DNA from: Alphaproteobacteria bacterium UBA828
Lineage (GTDB): Bacteria > Pseudomonadota > Alphaproteobacteria > UBA828
DNA: 64,000 bases
Reading direction: 5' to 3'
Assembly: GCA_002296185.1 (NCBI GenBank)
Contig: DBHM01000013.1
Location: forward strand, 5,273 to 69,272
In this document: piece after piece, positions 18,141 through 27,500 of the stretch
Numbering within the stretch: the stretch's first letter is position 1
Layout: each line of letters starts with the position of its first letter
Translations under genes and position numbers: made by a program
The notes under the pieces: model-generated
Database searches by the model: none
Seen by the model: only the letters and a program-made list of their open reading frames with translations
Told to the model about the DNA's origin: nothing

Positions 18141-19265
18141 TTAAAAAGTCTCCCCAATAAGATTCTGCTCACCTAAAGCTTTTTCCATAAAATGCACATC
18201 TGCCGGTGACCAGGTTGCCGTCACGTCATCACCTACATTAGCAGGATTTGTAAAATACTCCCTATCTTCTATTACTGCGACAATCTGGTCAGCTTCTGGG
18301 CGATCTATAGTTACCTTGACCCAATTACCCTGATATTCAACGGCATTTACTTTTCCACTTAAAGCATTACCCCTGTCTTCTTGTCCCTCGGTCCCAAGTA
18401 AGTGTACTTTATCACGTCTAACACCAAAGCTTAAATCTGAACCTTCTTTCTTACCTTGAGCGGGAACCTGATAAACTTCGCTACCAGGACCCTTTAGTGT
18501 TTCCATATTATTCTTTGAATCCCTTACAGCACCAGAAAAAACATTCCACCCACCCATAAACTCTGCAACATAGGTTGTTTTAGGCAAATCATAAATTTCA
18601 CGTGCTGAGCCTGCTTGTTCAATACGTCCTGTTTCCATAACAACAACTAAGTCTGCTAATGCTAGCGCCTCAGGTTGTGTATGAGTTACATGTATAAAGG
18701 TTATACCTAAATCTAGCTGAAGGCGCTTAACTTCAGCCCTCATCTGTAATCGAAGATATTCGTCTAATGCTGATAACGGCTCATCAAGTAATAATACCTT
18801 AGGATTTGTAATTAGAGATCTTGCTAAAGCAACACGTTGTTGTTGGCCTCCAGATAACTGGGCCGGCATCCTAGTAGCAAGTGGCTCTAATTGAACTTTT
18901 TTAAGAACTTCATATGCCTCTTGTTGCCTTTGCTCACGACCTATGTTTTTCATTTTCAAACTAAAAGCTACATTATCAAGAACGGTTAGATGGGGAAATA
19001 ATGCATAGCTCTGGAACATCATAGAAGTTCCGCGTTTTCCTGTAGGAACACCAATAACAGATTGGCCTCCAATAGTAATGTCACCTTCAGTTGGAACTTC
19101 ATGTCCTGCAATCATTCTAAGTAAAGTAGTTTTTCCGCATCCACTCGGACCAAGCAAACAACAATAAGATCCATCAGGGATTGAAAGATTAATATTTTCT
19201 ACTGCATTATTATCACCAAAAGCTTTGGTAATATTAGTAATAACAACTTCACCAGGTCCTGACAT
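18141..19265 (-). CDS. ABC transporter ATP-binding protein (PotA-like)
   Basis: Walker A GPSGCGKTT, signature LSGGQQQRVALARSL, Walker B LLLDEPLSALD. The C-terminal TOBE-like extension is as in PotA/MalK. Confidence 0.9.
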   Translation of the reverse strand: MSGPGEVVITNITKAFGDNNAVENINLSIPDGSYCCLLGPSGCGKTTLLRMIAGHEVPTEGDITIGGQSVIGVPTGKRGTSMMFQSYALFPHLTVLDNVAFSLKMKNIGREQRQQEAYEVLKKVQLEPLATRMPAQLSGGQQQRVALARSLITNPKVLLLDEPLSALDEYLRLQMRAEVKRLQLDLGITFIHVTHTQPEALALADLVVVMETGRIEQAGSAREIYDLPKTTYVAEFMGGWNVFSGAVRDSKNNMETLKGPGSEVYQVPAQGKKEGSDLSFGVRRDKVHLLGTEGQEDRGNALSGKVNAVEYQGNWVKVTIDRPEADQIVAVIEDREYFTNPANVGDDVTATWSPADVHFMEKALGEQNLIGETF

Positions 19266-19293
19266 TTATCGTCCTATTAAAAAAATAGTTGTC

Positions 19294-19316
19294 TGAGGTA
19301 AAAATTGATTACCTCA
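19294..19316 (-). promoter_or_regulatory. 5'-UTR hairpin upstream of the ABC ATPase gene
   Basis: TGAGGTAA-7 nt-TTACCTCA is a perfect 8-bp stem. On the minus strand it is followed after 8 nt by a T7 run (19279-19285), then an AGGA RBS and the ATG at 19265. Confidence 0.4.
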
Positions 19317-19624
19317 TATTTTAAATTTATATATAGAGAATTAATTCTAGCTGTATCAAGTAAAAACAGACAATTCTTTATATTTTATATATTATAAAAC
19401 TTAATATTGCTAAATTATATTACCTTTTGAATTTACTCTACAAGCTAGAAGTCTCCCGTTTAGCATGGTATTAAGATAGAAATATATCCGCTTTATTAGT
19501 ATTTTTTCATATAAACTACAACTATATAGCTGTTTTTTTTCACCCTGACAATTTTTTGTTGTCTTGGGTAATGAATATTATTTTCAAATACCTAAATATC
19601 AAGATTTCAAGGAAGAAATATAAA

Positions 19625-20797
19625 ATGCCAAAACCTGGACAATCAGAAATTAGCGAACAAGACGAACGTATTATTCTGGAAAATATTGACAGATTTATCG
19701 AGAGAGATGTTAAACCAAACGTACATCAACTTGAGAAAGACGACATATATCCAATTGAAATTGTTGATAAAATGAAGTCTTTAGGTTTATTCGGTGCGAC
19801 TATATCTACTGAATATGGAGGTCTAGGTCTTCCAGTAACAACCTACTCCAAAATTGTGGAAAAAATTTCAGGTGCTTGGATGTCGGTTAGTGGAATCATT
19901 AATTCTCACCTAATTATGGCAGCAGCAATAGAAAGGCACGGTACAGATGAGCAAAAGTCTCATTATTTACCTCGTTTTGCTACAGGAGAAATGAGAGGAG
20001 GCATTGCTCTCACTGAACCTGATTGCGGGACAGATCTTCAATCCATTAGGACAGTGGCTAAAAAGAAGGGAAATAGTGGTTATATTATTAACGGTTCAAA
20101 AATGTGGATTACAAATAGCCAAGAAGGTCATGTCGTAGCCTTACTTGTGAAAACAGACCCAAATGCAGAGCCTCGCCACAAAGGAATGAGCCTATTTCTT
20201 GCTGAAAAAGGAGATGGTTTCAAAGTGAGCCGTAAACTAGAAAAACTCGGCTACAAAGGTATAGATAGTTGTGAATTAGTTTTTGATGATTATTTTGTTG
20301 ATTCAGATAAACTTATTGGTGGTGAAGAAGGAAAAGGTCTCCAACAAGTTTTAGGTGGACTCGAGCTTGGCCGAATTAATGTGGCAGCAAGAGGTGTGGG
20401 GATTGCACAAGCTACCCTTGATGAGGCAGTTAAATATAGTCAAACCCGTAAGACCTTTGGCAAACCAATATGTCAACACCAAGCAATACAATTGAAACTC
20501 GCTGAAATGGCTACACGGCTTGAAGCTGCAAGATTATTAACCGATAGAGCTGCTGAAGCTTTTGCAAGTGGACAAAGAGCAGATATGGAAGCCGGTATGG
20601 CAAAACTATTTGCTACAGAAGCTGCCATGGAAAATGCACTTGATGCAATGAGAATTCATGGAGGCTATGGATACTCAAAAGAATACCCAATAGAGAGAAT
20701 GTTTCGTGACGCTCCATTATTATTAATTGGTGAGGGTACAAACGAGATCCAAAAAATAATTATTGCCCGCCAGTTAATTGAAAGAAATCCTACATAA
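19625..20797 (+). CDS. Acyl-CoA dehydrogenase
   Basis: GIALTEPDCGTDL, WITNS and IGEGTNEIQKIIIARQL (catalytic Glu region) motifs. Start moved from the TTG at 19556 to the ATG at 19625, behind AAGGAAG. Confidence 0.9.
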   Translation: MPKPGQSEISEQDERIILENIDRFIERDVKPNVHQLEKDDIYPIEIVDKMKSLGLFGATISTEYGGLGLPVTTYSKIVEKISGAWMSVSGIINSHLIMAAAIERHGTDEQKSHYLPRFATGEMRGGIALTEPDCGTDLQSIRTVAKKKGNSGYIINGSKMWITNSQEGHVVALLVKTDPNAEPRHKGMSLFLAEKGDGFKVSRKLEKLGYKGIDSCELVFDDYFVDSDKLIGGEEGKGLQQVLGGLELGRINVAARGVGIAQATLDEAVKYSQTRKTFGKPICQHQAIQLKLAEMATRLEAARLLTDRAAEAFASGQRADMEAGMAKLFATEAAMENALDAMRIHGGYGYSKEYPIERMFRDAPLLLIGEGTNEIQKIIIARQLIERNPT

Positions 20798-20825
20798 TTA
20801 ATACATAAACTTAACGGAGTCTCGT

Positions 20826-22037
20826 GTGAATAACGAACACCTTCCTTTAAAAGGTCTAAAGATTATTGCCCTTGAACAATATGGGGCAGCACCTTTCGGC
20901 ACAATGTTTCTAGCAGATCTTGGCGCTGATGTTATTAAAGTAGAGAATCACCTAACAGGGGGAGAGATGGGACGTCATGTCGTGCCATATTCCGAAGACG
21001 GAGACAGTCTTTTTTTTCAAAGTTTTAGTGCCAATAAACGATCGATAGGTCTAAATATCAAAAGTTCAAATGGTAGAAAGATATTAGACAAATTAGTGTC
21101 TTCTTCTGACGCTCTAATTAATAATCTTCGAGGAGATCTTGTTAATAAATTAGGATTAAATTATAAATCCTTTTCTAAACATAAGCCTGAAATTGTGTGT
21201 GTTCATCTTTCTGCCTATGGAAGGAACAATTCAAGAGCCTCTTGGCCTGGACTAGATTATGTAATGCAAGCAGAAGCAGGATATCTTTCTGTTACTGGCG
21301 AGCCCTCGTCACCTCCAACTCGTTTTGGACTTTCTATAGTAGATTATCAAGCAGGACTTACAGCCGCATTGGCACTATTAGCAGGAATACTTGGTGCACA
21401 AAGAACTGGAAGGGGCCAAGATTATGATGCAGCCCTTTTTGATGTTGCAATGACCAACCTAAGTTATCCTGCAACCTGGCATCTAACTGAGGGATATAAA
21501 CCTGAACGTATAGCAAGATCAGGACATCCATCACTTGTTCCGAGTGAATTATATAAAACTAAAAATGGCTGGATATTTATTATGGCAAATAAGGATAGTT
21601 TTTGGCCAAAACTTGTTACAGCTATTGAAAAACCTCAGTGGATAAAAGATCCAAGAATCAGTGATTTCAAGTCTAGATTAAAAAATCGTCAGCTAGTTGT
21701 GGAATTACTGTCAGAAGTTTTTATTAAAGAAAATACAGAATATTGGCTAAGTAAACTTACAGGCCTACTTCCATGCGCCCCAGTAAACAATATAGAATCC
21801 GCATTATCTAATAAGTTTTCCGATGAAAGAATGATAACACAAAAGATATCTCATCCAAAGTGGCAGAACATGAAAGTAGTACGACAACCAATACTTGCTG
21901 ATGAAAATGTTTTACCTCGCAAAAAGGCGCCTTTACTTGGAGAAGATACAATCAATATATTAAAGGAGATCGGCTATGAAGAAGAAGAAATTAATACATT
22001 GTTAAGCGATAAAACAATATTTTCTCAAATAATCTAG
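20826..22037 (+). CDS. CaiB/BaiF family (class III) CoA-transferase (paralogue 2)
   Basis: 403 aa. LKGLKIIALEQYGAAPFGTMFLADLGADVIKVE N-terminus. GTG start behind a GGAG RBS. Confidence 0.85.
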   Translation: MNNEHLPLKGLKIIALEQYGAAPFGTMFLADLGADVIKVENHLTGGEMGRHVVPYSEDGDSLFFQSFSANKRSIGLNIKSSNGRKILDKLVSSSDALINNLRGDLVNKLGLNYKSFSKHKPEIVCVHLSAYGRNNSRASWPGLDYVMQAEAGYLSVTGEPSSPPTRFGLSIVDYQAGLTAALALLAGILGAQRTGRGQDYDAALFDVAMTNLSYPATWHLTEGYKPERIARSGHPSLVPSELYKTKNGWIFIMANKDSFWPKLVTAIEKPQWIKDPRISDFKSRLKNRQLVVELLSEVFIKENTEYWLSKLTGLLPCAPVNNIESALSNKFSDERMITQKISHPKWQNMKVVRQPILADENVLPRKKAPLLGEDTINILKEIGYEEEEINTLLSDKTIFSQII

Positions 22038-22056
22038 AAAATTAAATTAAGATTCT

Positions 22057-22084
22057 ATAAATATATATTCATATATATATTTAT
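22057..22084. terminator. AT-only hairpin between convergent genes
   Basis: ATAAATATATAT-TCAT-ATATATATTTAT is a 12-bp stem. It overlaps the stop codon of the minus-strand PrpD-like gene. Weak because it is all A-T. Confidence 0.35.
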
Positions 22085-23481
22085 AGATGCCCCTCACATT
22101 TAAAATAATCTGTGATAGTACTAAATTTACAAACGTCATCAATATTTAGAACGGCATTTATAGCAGATTCATAATTTCCTTTTGATAAAACTAGGCTAGC
22201 ATTTTCTTTGAATTTACTAATTATCTCTTTGGGCTCTAAAGGAGTAACATCAGCTCCCCTATTGATCTCTTCTCTTTGAATAAAAACTTCATTATTTTTA
22301 GTGGTAACTTCTATTTCTCCGGAAAAGTATTTAGGATATAAAGAGCCCTCCATTGGTTCACAAAAAACTTTATCACAAACACTAATAACCTGAGGCTCTG
22401 TATATGAAGACTTTTCAAGATCAGCAAGTGTAAAACGATCACGAACAATTGCACTAGCTACGAGATAAGGTAAACTAAATTGAGCCTCGTATCCACTACC
22501 CGGTCTCCGTTTTGCAGATAAAGGTTCACCGACAACAGGTAGGCTATCTTCCGCAACTCTCGCAACAACTTTTTTTACGTCTTCTGAAGACAAACTATGC
22601 TCATTAAATAATTTACGTGTAGCATCAATACATGAATGAGTTAAATGACATGCTGGATAAGGCTTAACTCCTACACTTAACATTTCCCATTCTTTACCCA
22701 AACCCTTAGTTACAATCCCAATATCTACTTCTATATCTTCACTAGAGCAGGTATTATATACACCATACCGTCCTTCATAAGGGCTTAACACACCTTCAAA
22801 ACCATGCTTACACATAGACACTGCAGTAAGGCCACAAACCGCAGCCCAACCTGGATGCATTCGTTTTGTCCATGCTCCTTCTTTTAAAAATTCAAGATTT
22901 CCAGAAGCCATACTATAGACAGTGCCTTGTGCTTGAACTAACTCTTTAACACTTAATGAAGCTAAACAACCTGCTGCTATTGTTGAACCAAATGCACCTA
23001 TTAAACCTGTAGGATGAAAACCCTTCTTATGAAAACCCCCTTTAGCAGCCATTCCTATACGGGAACTGCACTCAATGGCTGCAATATAAGCAGATAATGC
23101 TTTTTTTCCATCAACACTATGACGCTTTGCTGCGCTTAAAACAGATGGAAGAGCACTTGCTGTTGAATGAATCACACCTGCAACATGAGTATCATCAAAA
23201 TCTAAAGAATGAATCAGAAAACCGTTCATTAAAGCAGACTCTCGATACGGTAGACCAACGTTCGATCCTATTATGGGGTAATCTCCCTCCCCTCCAATAT
23301 CAAGAATTCCAGAAAGTGTTTTTTTACTATACGTTTGCTTTGTAGACGCAAGAGCTATTCCAAAAGCATCTAATATATGCAATTTAGCACGGTGAATAAC
23401 TGCCTCAGGAATATCTTCATATCTTAACGTTATCGCAAATTCTGCAAGTACTTCAGATATTGATTTGGTAGAATCATTCAT
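22081..23481 (-). CDS. MmgE/PrpD family protein (paralogue 2)
   Basis: 466 aa. LDAFGIALAS...LDFDDTH...GFHPTGLIGAFG blocks of the PrpD fold. Confidence 0.85.
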   Translation of the reverse strand: MNDSTKSISEVLAEFAITLRYEDIPEAVIHRAKLHILDAFGIALASTKQTYSKKTLSGILDIGGEGDYPIIGSNVGLPYRESALMNGFLIHSLDFDDTHVAGVIHSTASALPSVLSAAKRHSVDGKKALSAYIAAIECSSRIGMAAKGGFHKKGFHPTGLIGAFGSTIAAGCLASLSVKELVQAQGTVYSMASGNLEFLKEGAWTKRMHPGWAAVCGLTAVSMCKHGFEGVLSPYEGRYGVYNTCSSEDIEVDIGIVTKGLGKEWEMLSVGVKPYPACHLTHSCIDATRKLFNEHSLSSEDVKKVVARVAEDSLPVVGEPLSAKRRPGSGYEAQFSLPYLVASAIVRDRFTLADLEKSSYTEPQVISVCDKVFCEPMEGSLYPKYFSGEIEVTTKNNEVFIQREEINRGADVTPLEPKEIISKFKENASLVLSKGNYESAINAVLNIDDVCKFSTITDYFKCEGHL

Positions 23482-23577
23482 GGACTCTTAAGGATCCCCT
23501 AAAATGTTAGGATGCAATTTGGAAAATAGCATAATTCAATATTTAAAATTTTTTTTAATTTATGTTCTGTCTCAATT

Positions 23578-24096
23578 TTAATAATTAACCTTATCATCAA
23601 CAGCATGACCCATCTTTGGAATTAACATAGCTCGCTCAAAACTAATAACCTGAGCACCCTCCTGATTACATCCGATACTCCGGATCTTAACTATACCTTG
23701 AGTTGGTCGAGAATTTGATTCTCTCTTCTCCAATATTTTAGATGAAGCATAAATAGTATCACCGGCGAATACAGGTGAAGTTAATTTGATATCAGTCCAC
23801 CCAAGATTAGCTATAGCCTTCTGACTTGTGTCACTTACGGACATTCCAGCAACAATAGATAATGTGAGACAACTATTTACTAAAGGTTTTCCAAATTCAC
23901 TTGCAGCAGCATACACTGAGTCAAAATGTATTGGGTGTTGGTTCATTGTTAATAGAGTAAACCAACTATTGTCCACCTCACTTATGGTTCTACCTGGACG
24001 ATGTTCATAGATATCTCCCACGACAAAGTCCTCAAAATAACGACCATAGCTCTCTCGATAAGTTTTATCAGATACTTTTTTTCCTAAAGCAACCAT
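23578..24096 (-). CDS. MaoC-like (R)-specific enoyl-CoA hydratase/dehydratase (hot-dog fold)
   Basis: 172 aa. FEDFVVGDIYEHRPGRTISEVDNSWFTLLTMNQHPIHFD resembles itaconyl-/mesaconyl-CoA hydratase-type MaoC proteins. Confidence 0.8.
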   Translation of the reverse strand: MVALGKKVSDKTYRESYGRYFEDFVVGDIYEHRPGRTISEVDNSWFTLLTMNQHPIHFDSVYAAASEFGKPLVNSCLTLSIVAGMSVSDTSQKAIANLGWTDIKLTSPVFAGDTIYASSKILEKRESNSRPTQGIVKIRSIGCNQEGAQVISFERAMLIPKMGHAVDDKVNY

Positions 24097-24142
24097 AAAT
24101 TAAACTCCTAAAGATAATTCATATAAAATATATTATGTTGAT

Positions 24143-25231
24143 TTACTCCACTCTACTAGAGGCTATATCATGAGCAAATACAAACATGTCCTCTAAATAT
24201 TCTTCAAAACGACCAAATCGAGGATCCTTTGTGGTACCTCTTTTATATTGTGCATTGATTTGTAAAAATACAACTGCAAGTTTAAACTGTGCTAGAACTC
24301 TATAAAACCTGATATCACTTGTATCTCTACCACTTTTTTCAGAATACATACGAATAACATCTTTTCTTTTAGGAAACGAAAGACACGAAGTTGGCATTTG
24401 CTCAATTATTTGCATTGCCTTTGGATCATCAGGCTCAACCCAATAACTTAATAAAGTACCTAGGTCAAAAAGTGGATCTCCTCTTGATCCCATATCCCAA
24501 TCAACAACGGCAATAGGTGTTAAATCTTTTGGATCTAATAAAATATTATCCAATTTAAAATCATTATGAAGTAAAGTAGGTAATCCATCCTTCACCTGAT
24601 TCTTCTCCAACCAATTCACAACTTCTATAGCTATATTTGGAGGGCTATCATCTGATCCTAGAAAAAGTCTTTTTTTCCATCCCTTAACCGCTCTTTCGAG
24701 AAAACCCTCAGGCTTTCCAAAATCCCCAAGCCCAACAGTCTCAGCATCAACATTATGTAGGTCTACAAGTATATCGATAAGAAGTTCAGTTATTTTAACA
24801 GGAGCATCTTTAATTAAAGCTACTTCTTCAGGAAGATGACCACTAATAGTATTTCCTTTTCTATATTCCATAATTAAAAAATGATTGCCTAAAATACTGT
24901 GATCTGGACAGTAATGAAAACTTTTTGGGGCTAAGGGAAATTCTTTCCACAATTTACTTAGAATATGATGTTCTCTTTTCATATCGTTTGCACCAGGTGG
25001 TATCTTTCCCATCGGTGGTCTTCTTAAAACTGACAAGGATCCATTAACTATTATTTGGTAATTAAGGTTACCAAAACCAGATGAGAACTGTTTTGGTGCA
25101 TTAAGTTCTGGATCAAAACTAAGGCCCTCAGATTGTAGATAGCATTGTAGAGCTTTCCAATCTTGAGCAGTCTCAGAATCCTTATCTAAAAAAACTGGGT
25201 CCGCGCCCCAAACAGAAACCATAAAGATCAC
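24143..25231 (-). CDS. Phosphotransferase enzyme family (APH/choline-kinase-like) kinase
   Basis: 362 aa. LLHNDFKLDNILL (catalytic loop, HxDxxxxN) and VVDWDMGSRGDPLFDLG (DxD metal loop). Confidence 0.75.
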   Translation of the reverse strand: MIFMVSVWGADPVFLDKDSETAQDWKALQCYLQSEGLSFDPELNAPKQFSSGFGNLNYQIIVNGSLSVLRRPPMGKIPPGANDMKREHHILSKLWKEFPLAPKSFHYCPDHSILGNHFLIMEYRKGNTISGHLPEEVALIKDAPVKITELLIDILVDLHNVDAETVGLGDFGKPEGFLERAVKGWKKRLFLGSDDSPPNIAIEVVNWLEKNQVKDGLPTLLHNDFKLDNILLDPKDLTPIAVVDWDMGSRGDPLFDLGTLLSYWVEPDDPKAMQIIEQMPTSCLSFPKRKDVIRMYSEKSGRDTSDIRFYRVLAQFKLAVVFLQINAQYKRGTTKDPRFGRFEEYLEDMFVFAHDIASSRVE

Positions 25232-25316
25232 CTAACGTTATTTTCTCTTATAGGGAAGTCTTAATATTACAAATTCATCGCGTAAGCACCAGAATATCGC
25301 TCAAGAAATTCAAAAA

Positions 25317-26222
25317 TTATCTATTCTTAAGGTTAATGAAGAAAACTCCCATAAATAAAGGCACTAAAGCAATTAGTACCCATATACTCAGCCTTTCTCC
25401 GAAGAAAGCCATCCCCCATAAAATTCCTGTAATAGGAGTTATAAAATTAACGCTTGTAAAAAATACAGGGCCCATAGTCCGAATTAGCTCAAGGAAAAGA
25501 TATATACCTAATGCCTGCAATGGCGCCGACATAATTAGTGCCCAATCTGCATCATCCATTTGACCACTAAACCACCACCAATCACCCGAACCCGCCATAA
25601 AAACAAATAAAAATAATGATGTGGCAAGGAAAAAACCAGCTGAGAATTGGATTGCGTCACTTTTAGGTGGAGGAAGTAATGCAGCAGATAATGCACTTGT
25701 TGCATACCCGAGTGGTGCAAGCAAAACTAAGATAACCCAACCAACAAGATCAGGGCTTGGTAAGCTTGCTTCAGGAATCACTATAAGCAAAACTCCACCT
25801 ACACCAACGATAAAACCAAATGATTTTAATGCTGTTAGTCTGTCTAACCTGAATATTACAGCCCCTAAATAAGTTAAAATTGGTGCTAAGGCTACTAACA
25901 TACTAGTTATACCTGCAGGCACCCCTTCACTTGATGCAATTGTTACAGCAATATAGGGAATACCAAACCCTGATATTCCGGTCATAAAATAACCTCGCAG
26001 ATGAGGAATACTAATACCAGGGTAGGATCTTTTAGGTAGACACATAATCATCATAATTATACCTGCACCTAAACTCATCCAAAATGAAAATGCAAAAGCA
26101 GGTATCCCACCACCTACCCCTACACCGACTAAAGAGTAAGTTAGACCATAGGCAACTCCGGTTATAAAAAGCATAAAGAGAGGAAGAATAATTGGATTTG
26201 GATGGATTCCAAAGAAATTCAT
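25317..26222 (-). CDS. DMT-superfamily (EamA-like) transporter
   Basis: 301 aa, about 10 hydrophobic segments, two-repeat architecture. Family call comes from topology and composition only. Confidence 0.7.
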   Translation of the reverse strand: MNFFGIHPNPIILPLFMLFITGVAYGLTYSLVGVGVGGGIPAFAFSFWMSLGAGIIMMIMCLPKRSYPGISIPHLRGYFMTGISGFGIPYIAVTIASSEGVPAGITSMLVALAPILTYLGAVIFRLDRLTALKSFGFIVGVGGVLLIVIPEASLPSPDLVGWVILVLLAPLGYATSALSAALLPPPKSDAIQFSAGFFLATSLFLFVFMAGSGDWWWFSGQMDDADWALIMSAPLQALGIYLFLELIRTMGPVFFTSVNFITPITGILWGMAFFGERLSIWVLIALVPLFMGVFFINLKNR

Positions 26223-26350
26223 TAACTTAGCCCTTTAGCTTACTTATTAATTCCGATATCAATTATGCCTATAATTTTATAAAAGATTATATGCAATATG
26301 ATGATTTATATTATATCTAGTCAATTAATAAACTAAATTTGGAGATTATA

Positions 26351-26740
26351 ATGAAATTACTTAACAAATCTGAACTGATAGAACTAGTAGAAAATAAATA
26401 CTTTGCAAATGTAGATGGTAAGAATCTTGATGAGACAGTTTCTTGTTTTTCAAAAAATGCAATTCTGACAGTTCAAACCGCACAAACCACTCATAATGGC
26501 CATGATGAAATTGAGAGGATGTTCAATGATTTTATGTCATCGACAAAAGTTATATATCACGGTGACTTTACTCACGTAGTAGACGAAGAAAATCAATGTA
26601 TAGCTTCACAGTTTCTAGCTCGTAATGACTATGATGATAAGCCTACAGTCTCTATGAGAAACTGTAACTTCTTTGTTATTGAAGAAGGTGTCTTTAAAAA
26701 TGTTACGATTTATATGAGTGACGAAAACCCATTAGTATGA
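26351..26740 (+). CDS. NTF2-like / SnoaL-like small protein
   Basis: 129 aa from the ATG behind a TGGAG RBS. The size and the pattern (YFANVDGKNLDE...F..NA......H.G.DEI..F) fit the SnoaL/NTF2 cone fold. Weak call. Confidence 0.5.
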   Translation: MKLLNKSELIELVENKYFANVDGKNLDETVSCFSKNAILTVQTAQTTHNGHDEIERMFNDFMSSTKVIYHGDFTHVVDEENQCIASQFLARNDYDDKPTVSMRNCNFFVIEEGVFKNVTIYMSDENPLV

Positions 26741-26876
26741 TTACTTATGCGGCATAATTTAATTAGAATAAAAATTTATATAGATAATTTATTTAATATT
26801 TTAATACTATAATGATTACATGATCTAATATCTATTCACTTATCATCAACTTATAACAATTTATAAGGGTAATTTT

Positions 26877-27500
26877 ATGTCATCAGATACCGAAATATAT
26901 AAAAAACAAAATTTTGGTAATACAATTGGGATGGGCAAGAAGCCAGCCCTATTAATAGTAGATTTTGTGAATGGTTTTAATGACGAAAATGCTTTTGGTG
27001 GAGGTAATATTCCACAAGCAATTAAAATTACTCAAAGTTTACTGGAATTCGCACGCAACCAGAAGCTTCCGATTGCACATACTCGTGTTGTTTTTGCAGA
27101 CGACGGATCAGATCTTAATTTAATGTACAAAAAAGTTCCAAGTCTTAAAACACTAACGGAAAACTCAAAAGAGAGTCAAATTGTTCCTGAGCTAACACCT
27201 AATAATGGTGAAATCATAGTTCGTAAAAGAGTTCCCTCAGCTTTTTTTGGCACTGATTTAGCCCCACAACTTACTTTACTTGGAGTTGATACAATTATGA
27301 TAACAGGTTGCACAACCAGCGGTTGCGTTAGAGCTAGTGCACTTGATGCAATGTGTTGGGGCTTTATACCCATAGTTATTACAGATGGCTGCGGTGATAG
27401 AGCTATTGGACCTCATGAGGCAAATTTATTTGATCTTGGCCAAAAATATGTTGATCTAATGACAGCTAGTGAAGCTATGGAAAAAATAAGGAATAAATAA
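26877..27500 (+). CDS. Isochorismatase-family cysteine hydrolase (paralogue 2)
   Basis: 207 aa. PALLIVDFVNGF and IMITGCTTSGCVRASALDA motifs. The stop overlaps the next start (TAATG). Confidence 0.8.
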   Translation: MSSDTEIYKKQNFGNTIGMGKKPALLIVDFVNGFNDENAFGGGNIPQAIKITQSLLEFARNQKLPIAHTRVVFADDGSDLNLMYKKVPSLKTLTENSKESQIVPELTPNNGEIIVRKRVPSAFFGTDLAPQLTLLGVDTIMITGCTTSGCVRASALDAMCWGFIPIVITDGCGDRAIGPHEANLFDLGQKYVDLMTASEAMEKIRNK

